Assembly (NCBI GenBank): GCA_036273335.1 | Contig: DASUHT010000060.1 | Location: 1-59,701 of the forward strand | Direction of reading: 5' to 3' | Length of the DNA: 59,701 nt | DNA from: Gaiellales bacterium | Lineage (GTDB): Bacteria > Actinomycetota > Thermoleophilia > Gaiellales > JAICJC01 | Shown: positions 1-9,133 of the stretch, piece after piece | Layout: every line of letters begins with the position of its first letter | Numbering within the stretch: the first letter of the stretch is position 1 | Program-made: the position numbers and the translations under genes | Notes under the pieces: model-generated | Database searches by the model: none | Seen by the model: only the letters and a program-made list of their open reading frames with translations | What the model was told of the DNA's origin: nothing

Positions 1-1
1 C

Positions 2-529
2 GAGCGCTCCGAGGTGACGCTGATGACCCTGCACAACGCCAAGGGCCTGGAGTTCCCGGTGGTCTTCATGATCGGCCTCGAGGAGGGCCTCTTCCCGCAC
101 CAGCGGTCGCTGGAGGAGCAGAACGAGGAGGAGGAGCGGCGGCTCTGCTACGTGGGCATGACGCGGGCGCGCGAGCAGCTGACGCTGACCCACGCCCGCT
201 CGCGGACGATCTTCGGCGCCCGCTCCTATAACTTGCCGTCGCGCTTCCTCTCGGAGCTCCCGGCGGACGGGGTCGAGCAGCACCGCCAGGCGCCTGCCTG
301 GAGCGCGCCGTCGGGAGCGGCGACCGCGCCGACCTTCACCGGCCGGCGTCCACCGCGCGTCGAGCGCGACGTGCCGTCGCTCAGCGTCGGCGACGAGGTT
401 CGCCACGAAACGCTGGGGGAGGGGATCGTGACCGGGCTCGATCGCGACGGGATCGTCGTCGTCCGCTTCCGCGACGACCGCTCCGAGCGGCGCCTGGTGC
501 TCGGCTACGCACCGCTCGAGCGGGTCTGA
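2..529 (+). CDS. UvrD/PcrA-family ATP-dependent DNA helicase, C-terminal fragment (5' end upstream of window)
   Basis: The frame is open from the window edge. '[25 protein letters not shown]...[17 protein letters not shown]' matches the late SF1 helicase motifs of UvrD/PcrA. A small C-terminal tail domain follows. Confidence 0.85.
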   Translation, partial: ERSEVTLMTLHNAKGLEFPVVFMIGLEEGLFPHQRSLEEQNEEEERRLCYVGMTRAREQLTLTHARSRTIFGARSYNLPSRFLSELPADGVEQHRQAPAWSAPSGAATAPTFTGRRPPRVERDVPSLSVGDEVRHETLGEGIVTGLDRDGIVVVRFRDDRSERRLVLGYAPLERV

Positions 530-579
530 ACCCGCCACGGCGCCCGCGCTTCGCGGAAGCCGGTATCCTTCCCGCTCCG

Positions 580-652
580 GGGCGGTTAGCTCAGTTGGGA
601 GAGCACCAGCTCGACAAGCTGGGGGTCACTGGTTCGAGCCCAGTACCGCCCA
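580..652 (+). tRNA. tRNA-Val (anticodon GAC), no encoded CCA
   Basis: Hand-folded cloverleaf: acceptor gggcggt/accgccc, D stem gctc/gagc, anticodon stem ccagc/gctgg with loop tcGACaa, T arm actgg-ttcgagc-ccagt, discriminator A. Position 33 reads C rather than U. Confidence 0.85.
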
Positions 653-656
653 TTCT

Positions 657-688
657 CCGGAAAAGCCGCATGGTTACGCGGTTTCCGG
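657..688 (+). terminator. Stem-loop immediately 3' of tRNA-Val (possible terminator or processing hairpin)
   Basis: ccggaaa(ag)ccgc - 8-nt loop - gcgg tttccgg gives 11 bp with a 2-nt bulge. No U-tract follows. Confidence 0.3.
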
Positions 689-915
689 CCTAGCCCATGC
701 TCCCCGGCCGCCAGCGCCCGACCTCGGAGGTGGTATTCGTCCCCCCGCGATTCGGAGTGGGTTGCCGGTGGCTCTCGTCCAGCGCCCGGCGATTTCCCGG
801 CGGGAGCACCTTGCACCCAAGTGCCTTGAGTACACGCTTGACATGCATACGACCATGGTACCGCCGAACCCATCACACGACTGGCCTCGTCTGAGCGAAG
901 TAGGCTGCCTGCGCG

Positions 916-1515
916 ATGCGGATCTGGACGATCTCGGCAGAGGCTGGTGCAGGGGGTGAGCGAATCGCCGCCGACCTGGCTGCCGCGGCCGGGGTGTCGC
1001 TGTTCGATTTCAAGGCGCTCTCGGGTCTCGCCCCGGATCTGCTCGGAGACGTTCCCGACCTGGCAGACCTGGAAGAACGGGTCGGCGGCCGCCTGAATGC
1101 CATCGGGCTCAGCCTCGCCATGATCGGTTACGGTTCCGCTGCTGCGGTATCAGAGCTCGAGTTTCGGCGCACGCTTCCGGAACTTGGCCATGCGGTCCTG
1201 GGGGAAGCTGCGCGCTCGTCCTGCGTGATTCTTGCCCCGAGTGCGTTTCTCGGTTTACGCGACCACGTTTCGGCGATCCATGTACGCATCCACGCTCCGC
1301 TGGAGTGGCGCATCGATGCCTACAAGCGCGACCATGTCGTCGATCGCGACGCCGCGGAACGCGCCGTCAAGCATGACGACCACATGACCCGGACGTGGGT
1401 GAAAACGATCTACCACGCGAATCTCGGTGACTATTCGTTGTTCTCGGTCGTCCTTGATGCCAGCCGCTTCAGCACGCAGCGCCTGGTAGACATGCTGATT
1501 GCGGCATCGATATAG
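916..1515 (+). CDS. Cytidylate kinase-like family protein (AAA/P-loop-like, function unknown)
   Basis: The N-terminus 'IWTISAEAGAGGERIAADLA' resembles the 'ITISRE.GSGG..IA' start typical of the cytidylate-kinase-like family. Codon bias is coding-like. Confidence 0.6.
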   Translation: MRIWTISAEAGAGGERIAADLAAAAGVSLFDFKALSGLAPDLLGDVPDLADLEERVGGRLNAIGLSLAMIGYGSAAAVSELEFRRTLPELGHAVLGEAARSSCVILAPSAFLGLRDHVSAIHVRIHAPLEWRIDAYKRDHVVDRDAAERAVKHDDHMTRTWVKTIYHANLGDYSLFSVVLDASRFSTQRLVDMLIAASI

Positions 1516-1721
1516 CCGGTCGCCGTCACAATCGAACAAATCCGAGAGGCCCGACGATCCCGGCGACCACCTCTGCGGTGCGCCTCCGACCCCGGCGATC
1601 GGCGGCTATTCACCAAGCATTCACCGGATCGTGGACGACTGTTATGCTGGCGCGGTCGTCCAGGATTGGCGATCCGCATGGTATAGCGGGCTCGCGGGAG
1701 TGTGCTTATACAGCGCTGGGA

Positions 1722-1752
1722 TTGGAAAGCGCTCCGCTCGTAGTGGCATAAT
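1722..1752 (+). promoter_or_regulatory. Weak sigma70-like promoter candidate upstream of the DUF1003 gene
   Basis: TTGGAA, a 19-nt spacer, then tgg-CATAAT (extended -10 TGn). The spacer is longer than optimal. Confidence 0.3.
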
Positions 1753-1850
1753 CGCGGCCTCTCTCAAATGCCACGCAAGCCCATCCGGATGGACAACGCG
1801 ACTTTGCACCGCCAGACGGATGATCGTATTACCTTCGGACAGGGGGCAGC

Positions 1851-2294
1851 ATGACCGTGAAGCAACCCATCCCAGCCGAGCCACGATTTCGCCTCCCGGT
1901 TGAGCCGAACCCAGCGCTCGTCGAGCACGCGAAACAGCGAGCTAACAGCTGGCAGAACCGGGTAGCGGACCGTATCACGCTGTTCGCCGGGTCCATGTTG
2001 TTCGTCTACGTTCACATCATCTGGTTCGGCTGCTGGATCGGGTTTGGGGTCGAGGAATACCCATACGGCCTTCTGACGATGATCGTCTCTCTCGAAGCGA
2101 TTTTCCTGTCGACCTTCGTGATGATCAGCCAGAACCGAGCCGATGCGAAGCGTGAAGTGGTAGCCAACCAACAGTGGCAGACGGTCAAGGAAGAAGACAC
2201 GCAGAACAAGGAGTTACTCGATCTGTCGAATCAGATCCTCGAACTAACAAAAGTTATCCACGCCCATACAAGCACACACTCTGACACCACCTGA
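1851..2294 (+). CDS. DUF1003 family membrane protein
   Basis: 'ADRITLFAGSMLFVYVHIIWFGCWIG...LLTMIVSLEAIFLSTFVMISQNR' is the characteristic DUF1003 two-TM core. G+C is visibly lower than in neighbouring genes. Confidence 0.8.
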   Translation: MTVKQPIPAEPRFRLPVEPNPALVEHAKQRANSWQNRVADRITLFAGSMLFVYVHIIWFGCWIGFGVEEYPYGLLTMIVSLEAIFLSTFVMISQNRADAKREVVANQQWQTVKEEDTQNKELLDLSNQILELTKVIHAHTSTHSDTT

Positions 2295-2308
2295 GGCGAG
2301 GGGGCGCC

Positions 2309-2337
2309 TTGTCACGTGCGCCGGCGCGGAGTACAAT
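2309..2337 (+). promoter_or_regulatory. Near-consensus sigma70-type promoter
   Basis: TTGTCA, a 17-nt spacer, then TACAAT. It lies about 54 nt upstream of the ATG at 2391, which is preceded by GAGGGAGGA. Confidence 0.6.
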
Positions 2338-2390
2338 CCGTGCTCGGCAGGGGTCCCCGAGTGAGACATCGACCATCGAGGGAGGACGCG

Positions 2391-2840
2391 ATGACCACGT
2401 CGGAGAAGCTAATGGACGCCTCGGACCGGCTGGAGAAGCTCTCGAAGCGCGCCAAGCAGGCCGAGGATCGAACTGCAGCTGCCCGAAGCCAGGCGAAAGC
2501 TGAGGTCGAGCAGTCTGCAGATAAGGCGAGATTGTCTGCACAGGCGCAGGCGGACGGGTTGCGCGACACCGCGAACGCGACCGAGGCCCACGTCTCGGCG
2601 TCCTGGAATGACCTGCAGAAGTCCTGGGCGACGCACCTCGCGAAGGTGCGTCAAGACATGGAGGCGAGAAAGGCCGAGCACGACACGAGAAGGGCGGAGA
2701 GCCGCGCCGAGCACACGGAAAGGGATGCGCTGTTTGCGATTGACTACGCATACGCGACGATCGAGGAGGCGGAGTACACCGTCCTCGATGCCATCTCTGC
2801 AAGGATGGAAGCGGACGAGCTGGCTGCTGCCACGAGATAG
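2391..2840 (+). CDS. Hypothetical coiled-coil protein (Ala/Glu/Arg/Lys-rich)
   Basis: ATG with a strong RBS (gagggaggacgcgATG) downstream of the predicted promoter. The track start at 2316 would lie upstream of the predicted TSS. I recognise no family. Confidence 0.6.
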   Translation: MTTSEKLMDASDRLEKLSKRAKQAEDRTAAARSQAKAEVEQSADKARLSAQAQADGLRDTANATEAHVSASWNDLQKSWATHLAKVRQDMEARKAEHDTRRAESRAEHTERDALFAIDYAYATIEEAEYTVLDAISARMEADELAAATR

Positions 2841-2973
2841 CGAACGAGTTTGACCGGAGGTCAGGCGTCAGGCGCCCGGATCCGTCGACGCCAGGGCAGA
2901 CTCGAGCCGCTGTATGCTGGGCTGCGACCAGCTCGTCTGAACCTGGCAGGTCGGATAACGGAGGCAACGAGAA

Positions 2974-3003
2974 GCGAAGGGGCCGCTTTCGCGGCCCCTT
3001 CGC
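2974..3003. terminator. Bidirectional intrinsic-terminator-like hairpin between convergent genes
   Basis: Perfect 13-bp stem gcgaaggggccgc / gcggccccttcgc with loop tttc. It sits between the 3' ends of the genes at 2391..2840 (+) and 3038..3499 (-). Confidence 0.6.
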
Positions 3004-3037
3004 CGTTTCGGGCGCCGGCCGACAGGCGGCCGACTAC

Positions 3038-3499
3038 CTACTCGATCGGGATCTCGAAGCGAGCGATGATGCCGGGGTCGCCTCCTCTCGCGAGGAGCTC
3101 GGGATCGGGATCGCGAGTCGCCACCCATGCATATCCGTGTTCGGGGTAGGCGACGACGTCCGGGAAGCTCCCGGCACTGATCGCGAGGATCTGAGCGGGC
3201 TCTTCGGTGGGGTTGCTGAAGGCGTGGAGTCCGGCACGCCCCTCGGGGCAGAAGACGAAATCGCCCGGAGCGAGCTCCTCCTCGCCGTGCTGGTTCCGAA
3301 AGACGGGACGACCACTCAGGACGAAGAACATCTCTTCGGCTCCGAAGTGCATATGCATCCACATCCCAGGTGCCCCGGGGGCGAGTTCGTAGAGCGTTGC
3401 TCCCATCCTGGCGTCGTCCGGCCGCCAGAAGACTCGATTGCGAGTCCCCTCTTCGTCATCTCCGTCCCATTCATTGGAGAGCAGGTTCTGACGAGTCAT
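3038..3499 (-). CDS. Cupin domain protein
   Basis: 'MHMHFGAEEMFFVLSGRPVF...ELAPGDFVFCPEGRAGLHAF' matches cupin motifs 1 and 2. GGAGG lies 8 nt upstream of the ATG. Confidence 0.8.
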   Translation of the reverse strand: MTRQNLLSNEWDGDDEEGTRNRVFWRPDDARMGATLYELAPGAPGMWMHMHFGAEEMFFVLSGRPVFRNQHGEEELAPGDFVFCPEGRAGLHAFSNPTEEPAQILAISAGSFPDVVAYPEHGYAWVATRDPDPELLARGGDPGIIARFEIPIE

Positions 3500-3696
3500 T
3501 CCGTGGACCTCCAGTTTGTAGCGGTGGGCCGCAGCGACCGGGGCCGCTTCGAAGGCAGCCTCGGCCCTGCGCCAATCACGCGCGGCGCTCGCCGCGTCTG
3601 ACCGCTATCTCGTCGCCGGATCCACGCCGGGATCGTAAACGCTCGCCGGCTCGGATGCGAGCGACGAGGGGGCGCGGCACTACAGCGAACGGCGGT

Positions 3697-4161
3697 TCAA
3701 GCGAGCCCTTTCTGCCGAAGCTCCGCGAGCGCGGCCTCACTCTTCCGCAGCTCGCCGGACCCCATGGCTGCGAGCACGGTGGGGGACTTCGTGAACTGCA
3801 CGTCGCGATAATCGACGACCTCGATGTTGTTCCCCCAGGGATCGCGAAAGCGCAGCGACCCCGTTGCCGGCACCGACACGCCTGCCTTGCGTAGCGCCCC
3901 CCGCAGGGCTTCCTTGTCGTCGACCACGAGGCCGAAATGGCGGGAACCGTCGGCAGGCTGTGTGCGAGGCTCGCTGAGCGCGATGAACTGGTCGCCGAGG
4001 TCGATCCACGCCATTCCGCCCCTCCGACCGCGAAGCTCGAACACGAGGAATCGCGCCCACCACTCCAGGGCGGCATCCACGCTGTCGACCTCAAGTGCGA
4101 TGTGGTTGACCCCGAGCGCCCGCGCCCGCTGGCCCCGCTCGGTTGGATCGTGATCGTGCAC
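3697..4161 (-). CDS. VOC (glyoxalase/bleomycin-resistance/dioxygenase) family protein
   Basis: 'LGVNHIALEVDSVDAALEWW...HFGLVVDD...RFRDPWGNNIEVV' is the typical VOC fold signature. Confidence 0.8.
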   Translation of the reverse strand: MHDHDPTERGQRARALGVNHIALEVDSVDAALEWWARFLVFELRGRRGGMAWIDLGDQFIALSEPRTQPADGSRHFGLVVDDKEALRGALRKAGVSVPATGSLRFRDPWGNNIEVVDYRDVQFTKSPTVLAAMGSGELRKSEAALAELRQKGLA

Positions 4162-4213
4162 GGGACGAAGGATACGCCCGCGCCCAAGTGGTCATAGGAG
4201 CAAGAATGCATCG

Positions 4214-4528
4214 ATGAAGCTCGCGGAGTTGAGCCGTCTCGCCGGTCAGCTCGAAGGGGTCCCAGAGCGGACTCGCGGCGGCTTGCTCGACTGGCGCTAC
4301 CGCGGCCGCCTGGTGGCCCGACAGCTCGACGACAGGCACGTGGTCATTCGCGCGTCCTTCGACTCCAGAGACTTCCTGCGGCGGTCGTTCCCCGAGACAT
4401 TCTCGATCCCGAGACGCTTCGCAAGGCACATGATGATCGTGGCCGACCTCGAGACCGGGAATGCCCATGCCATCGAGGATGCGGTCATCGGCGCGTGGGA
4501 GCTTCAGTCCGGGAGACAGGCTGGATGA
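4214..4528 (+). CDS. MmcQ/YjbR-like small protein (tentative)
   Basis: The size and the C-terminal pattern '...FPETFSIPRRFARHMMIVADL...IEDAVIGAWELQ' recall the YjbR family. This is a recollection-level match only. Confidence 0.5.
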   Translation: MKLAELSRLAGQLEGVPERTRGGLLDWRYRGRLVARQLDDRHVVIRASFDSRDFLRRSFPETFSIPRRFARHMMIVADLETGNAHAIEDAVIGAWELQSGRQAG

Positions 4529-4544
4529 CTGTCTCGGCCGCCCG

Positions 4545-7500
4545 TCAGGTGGGGGCGATTGCGGAGGCGTCCGGCGGACGCGGCGTGAGTTCGGCGAGTC
4601 GATCGAGAGCGCGATCGCGGTAGACGATGTCGCCCTTCTGCGAGTAGTGCTGGACGGCCCGGGTCAGTGCCTCGACGGCCTGCCCGGTCTCGCCCGCAAG
4701 GACGAGCACCTCCGCGAGGTCGGCGTACGCATCGCCCACGTAATTGAGCAGATCGACCTGATCGGCGATGGCGACGGCCTCTCGGGCGAGCCGTTGTCCT
4801 TCTTTGTGGTCGCCGCGGCGGGCATAGACCTTCGCCCGAGTCTGGAGCGACAGCATCTGGGTCAGGCGATCGTCGCTCGATCCCAGGCCGGCGGCACGGC
4901 GCGCGTTGGCGTCGGCGTCGTCCAGCAGGTCGAGACGGTACTGCGCGACGGCCTGCAGGCCGAGGATCGTCGAGAGCCAGGACCGTTCGGCATGTTCCTC
5001 GAGCAGGCGGCAGCTCTCCCGGGATAGCTCGACGGCTCGGACCGGGTCATCGGCGAGAAGTTCGAGGTCCACGGCCGGCTGACCCGTGATCAGGGCATAG
5101 CCGATCGTCGCGCCCTGGTCGCGGACACGCTCGCGAGCGGCGTCCATGAGTTCGCGCGCCTCGGCGAAGCGGCCGAGCATGGCCAGCGCCCCGGCACGGT
5201 GCACCTGGTTCGCGGTGTTTCCGGGATAGGCGACGTCTTGCGCGTCGAGCCACGCGAGGAGGTCGAGGACCGGGGTTGGCCCGAAGAGCTGGGCGGCGCC
5301 GAGCTGCGGGATGAGCTTGACGGCGAGCTGCGGTTGGCCGGCCCGCTTCGCATGCTGAAGCGCCAGCTCACTCGCCCTGAGCCAGTCCTGGGCCCGGCCT
5401 CTCATGTTCTCGATGACGCCGCGCGCGCTCTCTGCGATGTAGAGCGCGAGGTCGGCCCCCGCGGCCTCCAGCTCGGGTAGGGCTTCAACGATCAACGCCT
5501 CGAGCCGGTCTGCGGCGCCCTCCGGGTCGAGATGCGTGGCCCAGCTTGCTTCGAGGATCCGTCCAGTCAGCTCGGCGACGCGGTCGCCCTCGTCGGCGCC
5601 CCTGATGGCCAGGGCACGGGCGATGTCGATCGCGTCAGCCGCCCGCCCGGCTTCGAAGAGTGCGTCTGCATGCGCGAATTCGAGTTCGATCTCCAGCGGC
5701 CCGTCTGGCGCAACCTGCGCCGCCCGCTCCACAAGCTTGACGGCGGCGGCGACGTCGTCACGCACCCGGGCGTGCCGGCCGGCCGCCAGCAGGCGCGTTC
5801 GGGCCGCCATCGCGAGCTCTCCCACCTGGTCGTCGCGCCCCAGCTCGCGCCGATACCGGCACGCCTGCTCGAGGTGGTAGCCGACGATCTCGTCCTGCTC
5901 GGCCAATGTCGCTCCGTGCCTGTCAAGCCACTCGGCGAAGCGCTCGTGAAGCTCGGCACGGACGGTTTTCGGCAGCGAGTCGTAGGCGGCATCACGGATC
6001 AACAGGTGCCTGAACCGGTAGGCGTCCTGACCGGGGATCTGGGGCTGATCGGGACGCACCAGCTCCTTCCGCACCAACTCCAACAGTCGCTGCGATACCC
6101 GCGCTTCGTCGGGCGCCAGCGCCTCGACGGCGCCGCGATGGAACACGTGTCCCTCAACCGCTCCCCGTTCGAGCACCGCGCGGTCGGGGGCGTCCAGCTG
6201 GTCGAGCCGCGAGGCCAGGAGCGCCTGAATCGTCGGCGGCACGATCACCGCGCCCGCGCCGGAGTCGCGGATCATCGCCAGCATCTCCTCGACGAAGAGG
6301 GGATTGCCCTCCGCCGCGCTGCGGATGCGGATTCGAAGGTCCTGGTCGACGCTGCCGAGCCGGTCGATCAGCTCGTCGGTCTGCTCGTCCGAGAGCGGCT
6401 CGAGCAGCAGCGTGGTGGCGTTCAGCTTGCCGCCGGCCCAGCCAGGTCGCCGCTCGAGGAGCTCCGGCCGCGCCACGCAGAGCAGCAGGATGGATGCGCC
6501 ACGGCTGTAGTCCGCCACGTGCTCGACCAGATCCAGCAATCCCGGCTCCGCCCAGTGGATGTCATCGAGCACACAGACCAGCGGTTCGCCGGCAGCCGAC
6601 TCCTCGAGCGTCTTGCGCACTGCCCAGGCGATCTGCTCGGGCGTGGCGGGCTCGTCTGACTCGGCCAGCAGCGTCGCGATCGCTCGTGCGGCAACCGGAT
6701 CGGCCGGCCGCACCGCCAACTGCTCCAGTACCTCGATCACCGGCCAGTAGGTGATCCCCTCTCCGTAGGACAGGCAACGGCCCCGCACCAGCCGAGCATC
6801 GACACCGGCCAGGGACTCGGTCACGAGCCTCGATTTGCCCACGCCGGCTGCGCCCAGCAGTGTGACCAGATGGCACGACTGCTCAGAGACCACCGCCTCG
6901 AACTCGGCGCGCAACCGCTGCTGTTCACGCAAACGCCCAACCAGCTGCGCCTCCAGATGGCGCGGGAACGCCTCCATCCCGGTGTCCAGCGAGAGCAGGC
7001 GAAACGCGGCGACGGGGTCACGCTTGCCCCTGAGGACGAGCGGCTCGAGCGCCTCCACCGCCACGGCGTCGCGGACCAACCCCAGCGTCCTCTTGCCGAT
7101 CACGATCTCGCCCGGCTGCGCCGCCTGCTGCAGGCGAGCCGCGACGTTGACCGCGTCGCCGGTCGCCAGCCGCTCCGAGGTGCCCGTCACCACCTCGCCG
7201 GTCATCAGGCCGATCCGTCCCTGCACTCCCAGGTCGGGCAGCGCCGCTCGCATCTCGAACGCCGACCGCACCGCGCGCAGGGCGTCGTCCTCGTGCAGCT
7301 GCGGGACGCCGAACACGGCCATCACGGCATCGCCGATGAACTTTTCCACCGTCCCTCCGTGCGACTCGACGATCGCTTTCATCCGCTCGAAGTACGCGGC
7401 GAGGAGCCCCCGCAGAGCCTCCGGGTCGAGCCTCTCGCCAAGCGCCGTCGAGCCCGTGACGTCGCAGAAGAGGATGGTGACGGTCTTTCGCACCTCATGG

Positions 7501-7673
7501 CCCGCATCCGGCGGTGCGAATGGGGCGCCGCACGACTCGCAGAAGCGGGCTCCGACACGGTTCTCGTGACCGCACGATGTGCAGATCGGCACCCGCCCAG
7601 CGTATCGCCCCGGCGGCTCCTGAGGCACCTGTCGATTTCGCGCGCCGCCGTTCGTCTTAACGCGACCGTACAC
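4545..7673 (-). CDS. Multidomain signalling protein: zinc ribbon + class III adenylate/guanylate cyclase + P-loop STAND/AAA ATPase + TPR-like helical repeats
   Basis: 'CTSCGHENRVGARFCESCG' is the zinc ribbon. 'VTILFCDVTGSTAL...VEKFIGDAVMAVFGVP' is the cyclase. 'LLGAAGVGKSRL' is the Walker A motif. About 550 aa of helical repeat tail follow. The start is GTG (alternative GTG at 7628). Confidence 0.85.
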   Translation of the reverse strand: MYGRVKTNGGARNRQVPQEPPGRYAGRVPICTSCGHENRVGARFCESCGAPFAPPDAGHEVRKTVTILFCDVTGSTALGERLDPEALRGLLAAYFERMKAIVESHGGTVEKFIGDAVMAVFGVPQLHEDDALRAVRSAFEMRAALPDLGVQGRIGLMTGEVVTGTSERLATGDAVNVAARLQQAAQPGEIVIGKRTLGLVRDAVAVEALEPLVLRGKRDPVAAFRLLSLDTGMEAFPRHLEAQLVGRLREQQRLRAEFEAVVSEQSCHLVTLLGAAGVGKSRLVTESLAGVDARLVRGRCLSYGEGITYWPVIEVLEQLAVRPADPVAARAIATLLAESDEPATPEQIAWAVRKTLEESAAGEPLVCVLDDIHWAEPGLLDLVEHVADYSRGASILLLCVARPELLERRPGWAGGKLNATTLLLEPLSDEQTDELIDRLGSVDQDLRIRIRSAAEGNPLFVEEMLAMIRDSGAGAVIVPPTIQALLASRLDQLDAPDRAVLERGAVEGHVFHRGAVEALAPDEARVSQRLLELVRKELVRPDQPQIPGQDAYRFRHLLIRDAAYDSLPKTVRAELHERFAEWLDRHGATLAEQDEIVGYHLEQACRYRRELGRDDQVGELAMAARTRLLAAGRHARVRDDVAAAVKLVERAAQVAPDGPLEIELEFAHADALFEAGRAADAIDIARALAIRGADEGDRVAELTGRILEASWATHLDPEGAADRLEALIVEALPELEAAGADLALYIAESARGVIENMRGRAQDWLRASELALQHAKRAGQPQLAVKLIPQLGAAQLFGPTPVLDLLAWLDAQDVAYPGNTANQVHRAGALAMLGRFAEARELMDAARERVRDQGATIGYALITGQPAVDLELLADDPVRAVELSRESCRLLEEHAERSWLSTILGLQAVAQYRLDLLDDADANARRAAGLGSSDDRLTQMLSLQTRAKVYARRGDHKEGQRLAREAVAIADQVDLLNYVGDAYADLAEVLVLAGETGQAVEALTRAVQHYSQKGDIVYRDRALDRLAELTPRPPDASAIAPT

Positions 7674-7711
7674 TCCGGGTCGATCTGACCCGCGACTCTA
7701 AGGGAGTGCCC

Positions 7712-8074
7712 ATGACCAGCTCTTCCACTCAGGGAATCAAGACGGTGCTGCACCCCGTGACCGACATCGAGGCGGCCAAGGCGGTGTACACCGCCCTTCT
7801 CGGCGTCCCACCGCAGCACGAGTCGTCCTACTACGTCGGCTTCGACGTCGCCGGCCAGCACATCGGGCTGCTTCCGGGAGGTGGCCCGCAGGGCATGACC
7901 TCGCCGGTGGCCTACTGGCACGTGGCGGACATCGAGGCGAAACTGGCCGAGGTGACCGCCGCCGGTGCCACCGTCAAGGAGCCCGCGAGCGACGTCGGTG
8001 GCGGCCGCCTGGTCGCCAGCTTCACCGACCGCGACGGGAATGTCCTCGGGCTTATCGAGGACCGCCCCGCCTGA
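7712..8074 (+). CDS. VOC/glyoxalase family protein
   Basis: 'IKTVLHPVTDIEAAKAVYTALLG...RLVASFTDRDGNVLGLIE'. The ATG at 7712 has AAGGGAG 6 nt upstream, and I prefer it to the GTG at 7706. Confidence 0.75.
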   Translation: MTSSSTQGIKTVLHPVTDIEAAKAVYTALLGVPPQHESSYYVGFDVAGQHIGLLPGGGPQGMTSPVAYWHVADIEAKLAEVTAAGATVKEPASDVGGGRLVASFTDRDGNVLGLIEDRPA

Positions 8075-8179
8075 CGGATGGAGGCACGATGAGCATGGCC
8101 ACGAGGAGGGAGATCCTCGGCCGGCTCTCCGAAGCGCTCATCAACAGCGCCGCGCGCCGGAGGTTCGGCGTTGGCTCGC

Positions 8180-9130
8180 ATGGGGAACGTGAACGAACGA
8201 GCGACCGTGACCGAGCCCGCGCTGACAGGCAAGGTGGCACTGGTCGCCGGCGCAACCCGCGGCGCCGGCCGGGCGATCGCGGTCGAGCTCGCCCGCGCCG
8301 GCGCGTACGTCTACGCCACCGGCCGCAGCAGTCGTGTCTCCGGCCCGTCCGACCAGGGCCGGCCAGAGACGATCGAGGAGACCGGCGAGCTGATCGCGGC
8401 CGCGGGGGGTGCGGGGTCGGCGTTGCGGGTCGATCACCTGGAGATCGCCGAGGTCAGCCGGCTCGTCGAGCGGATCGACGCGGAGCAGGGGCGGCTGGAC
8501 GTGCTCGTGAACGACATCTTCGGCGGGCATCCCTACGCCCAGTGGGACAAGAAGCTCTGGGAGCACGACATCGAGGGCGGTCTGCAGATGCTCCGCATGG
8601 GCATCCACACGCACCTGATCACGAGCGCCCGGGCGCTGCCGCTGATCCTCCGCGGCGACGCCGGACTGGTCGTCGAGATGACCGACGGCACCTCCGAGTA
8701 CAACCGTGCCTTTCGCCGCGACGTCGGCTTCTATTACGACCAGGTGAAGGCTGCGGTCGAGCGCATCGTGATCGGCCTCGCCGCCGAGCTCGCCGACACC
8801 AGCTGCACCGCCGTCGGGGTGACGCCGGGCTGGATGCGGTCGGAGCAGATGCTGGACAACTTCGGCGTCGGCGAGGCGAACTGGCGCGACGCGCTCGAGC
8901 GGGTGCCGCACTTCTGCAGCTCCGAGACGCCGACCTACACCGGTCGCGCGGTCGCCGCCCTGGCGGCGGATCCCGATCTGCGGCGGTACGCCGGGCGCGT
9001 CCTTTCGAGCGCCGAGCTCGCCCGCACCTACGGCGTCACCGACGTCGACGGCACGCAGCCGGACTGCTGGCGCTATCTGGTCGAGATCCAGGACCCGGGG
9101 CGGCCGCCGACCGAGCTCGGGTACCGCTGA
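8180..9130 (+). CDS. SDR family oxidoreductase
   Basis: 'GKVALVAGATRGAGRAIAVELARAGAYVYATGR' is a Rossmann TGxxxGxG-type motif. I chose the in-frame ATG at 8180 over the TTG at 8171. Confidence 0.8.
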   Translation: MGNVNERATVTEPALTGKVALVAGATRGAGRAIAVELARAGAYVYATGRSSRVSGPSDQGRPETIEETGELIAAAGGAGSALRVDHLEIAEVSRLVERIDAEQGRLDVLVNDIFGGHPYAQWDKKLWEHDIEGGLQMLRMGIHTHLITSARALPLILRGDAGLVVEMTDGTSEYNRAFRRDVGFYYDQVKAAVERIVIGLAAELADTSCTAVGVTPGWMRSEQMLDNFGVGEANWRDALERVPHFCSSETPTYTGRAVAALAADPDLRRYAGRVLSSAELARTYGVTDVDGTQPDCWRYLVEIQDPGRPPTELGYR

Positions 9131-9133
9131 CGC

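Noticed and set aside
838-843. Perfect TTGACA hexamer upstream of the cytidylate-kinase-like gene, considered as a promoter -35 box
   Set aside because: No acceptable -10 hexamer lies 16-19 nt downstream.
8089-8170. GGAGG + ATG at 8089 followed by about 28 coding-like codons (MSMATRREILGRLSEALIN...) in a different frame from the SDR gene, considered as a uORF or frameshifted N-terminus
   Set aside because: The frame degenerates into low-complexity sequence after about 8170 and I recognise no motif. A sequencing frameshift cannot be excluded but is not supported.
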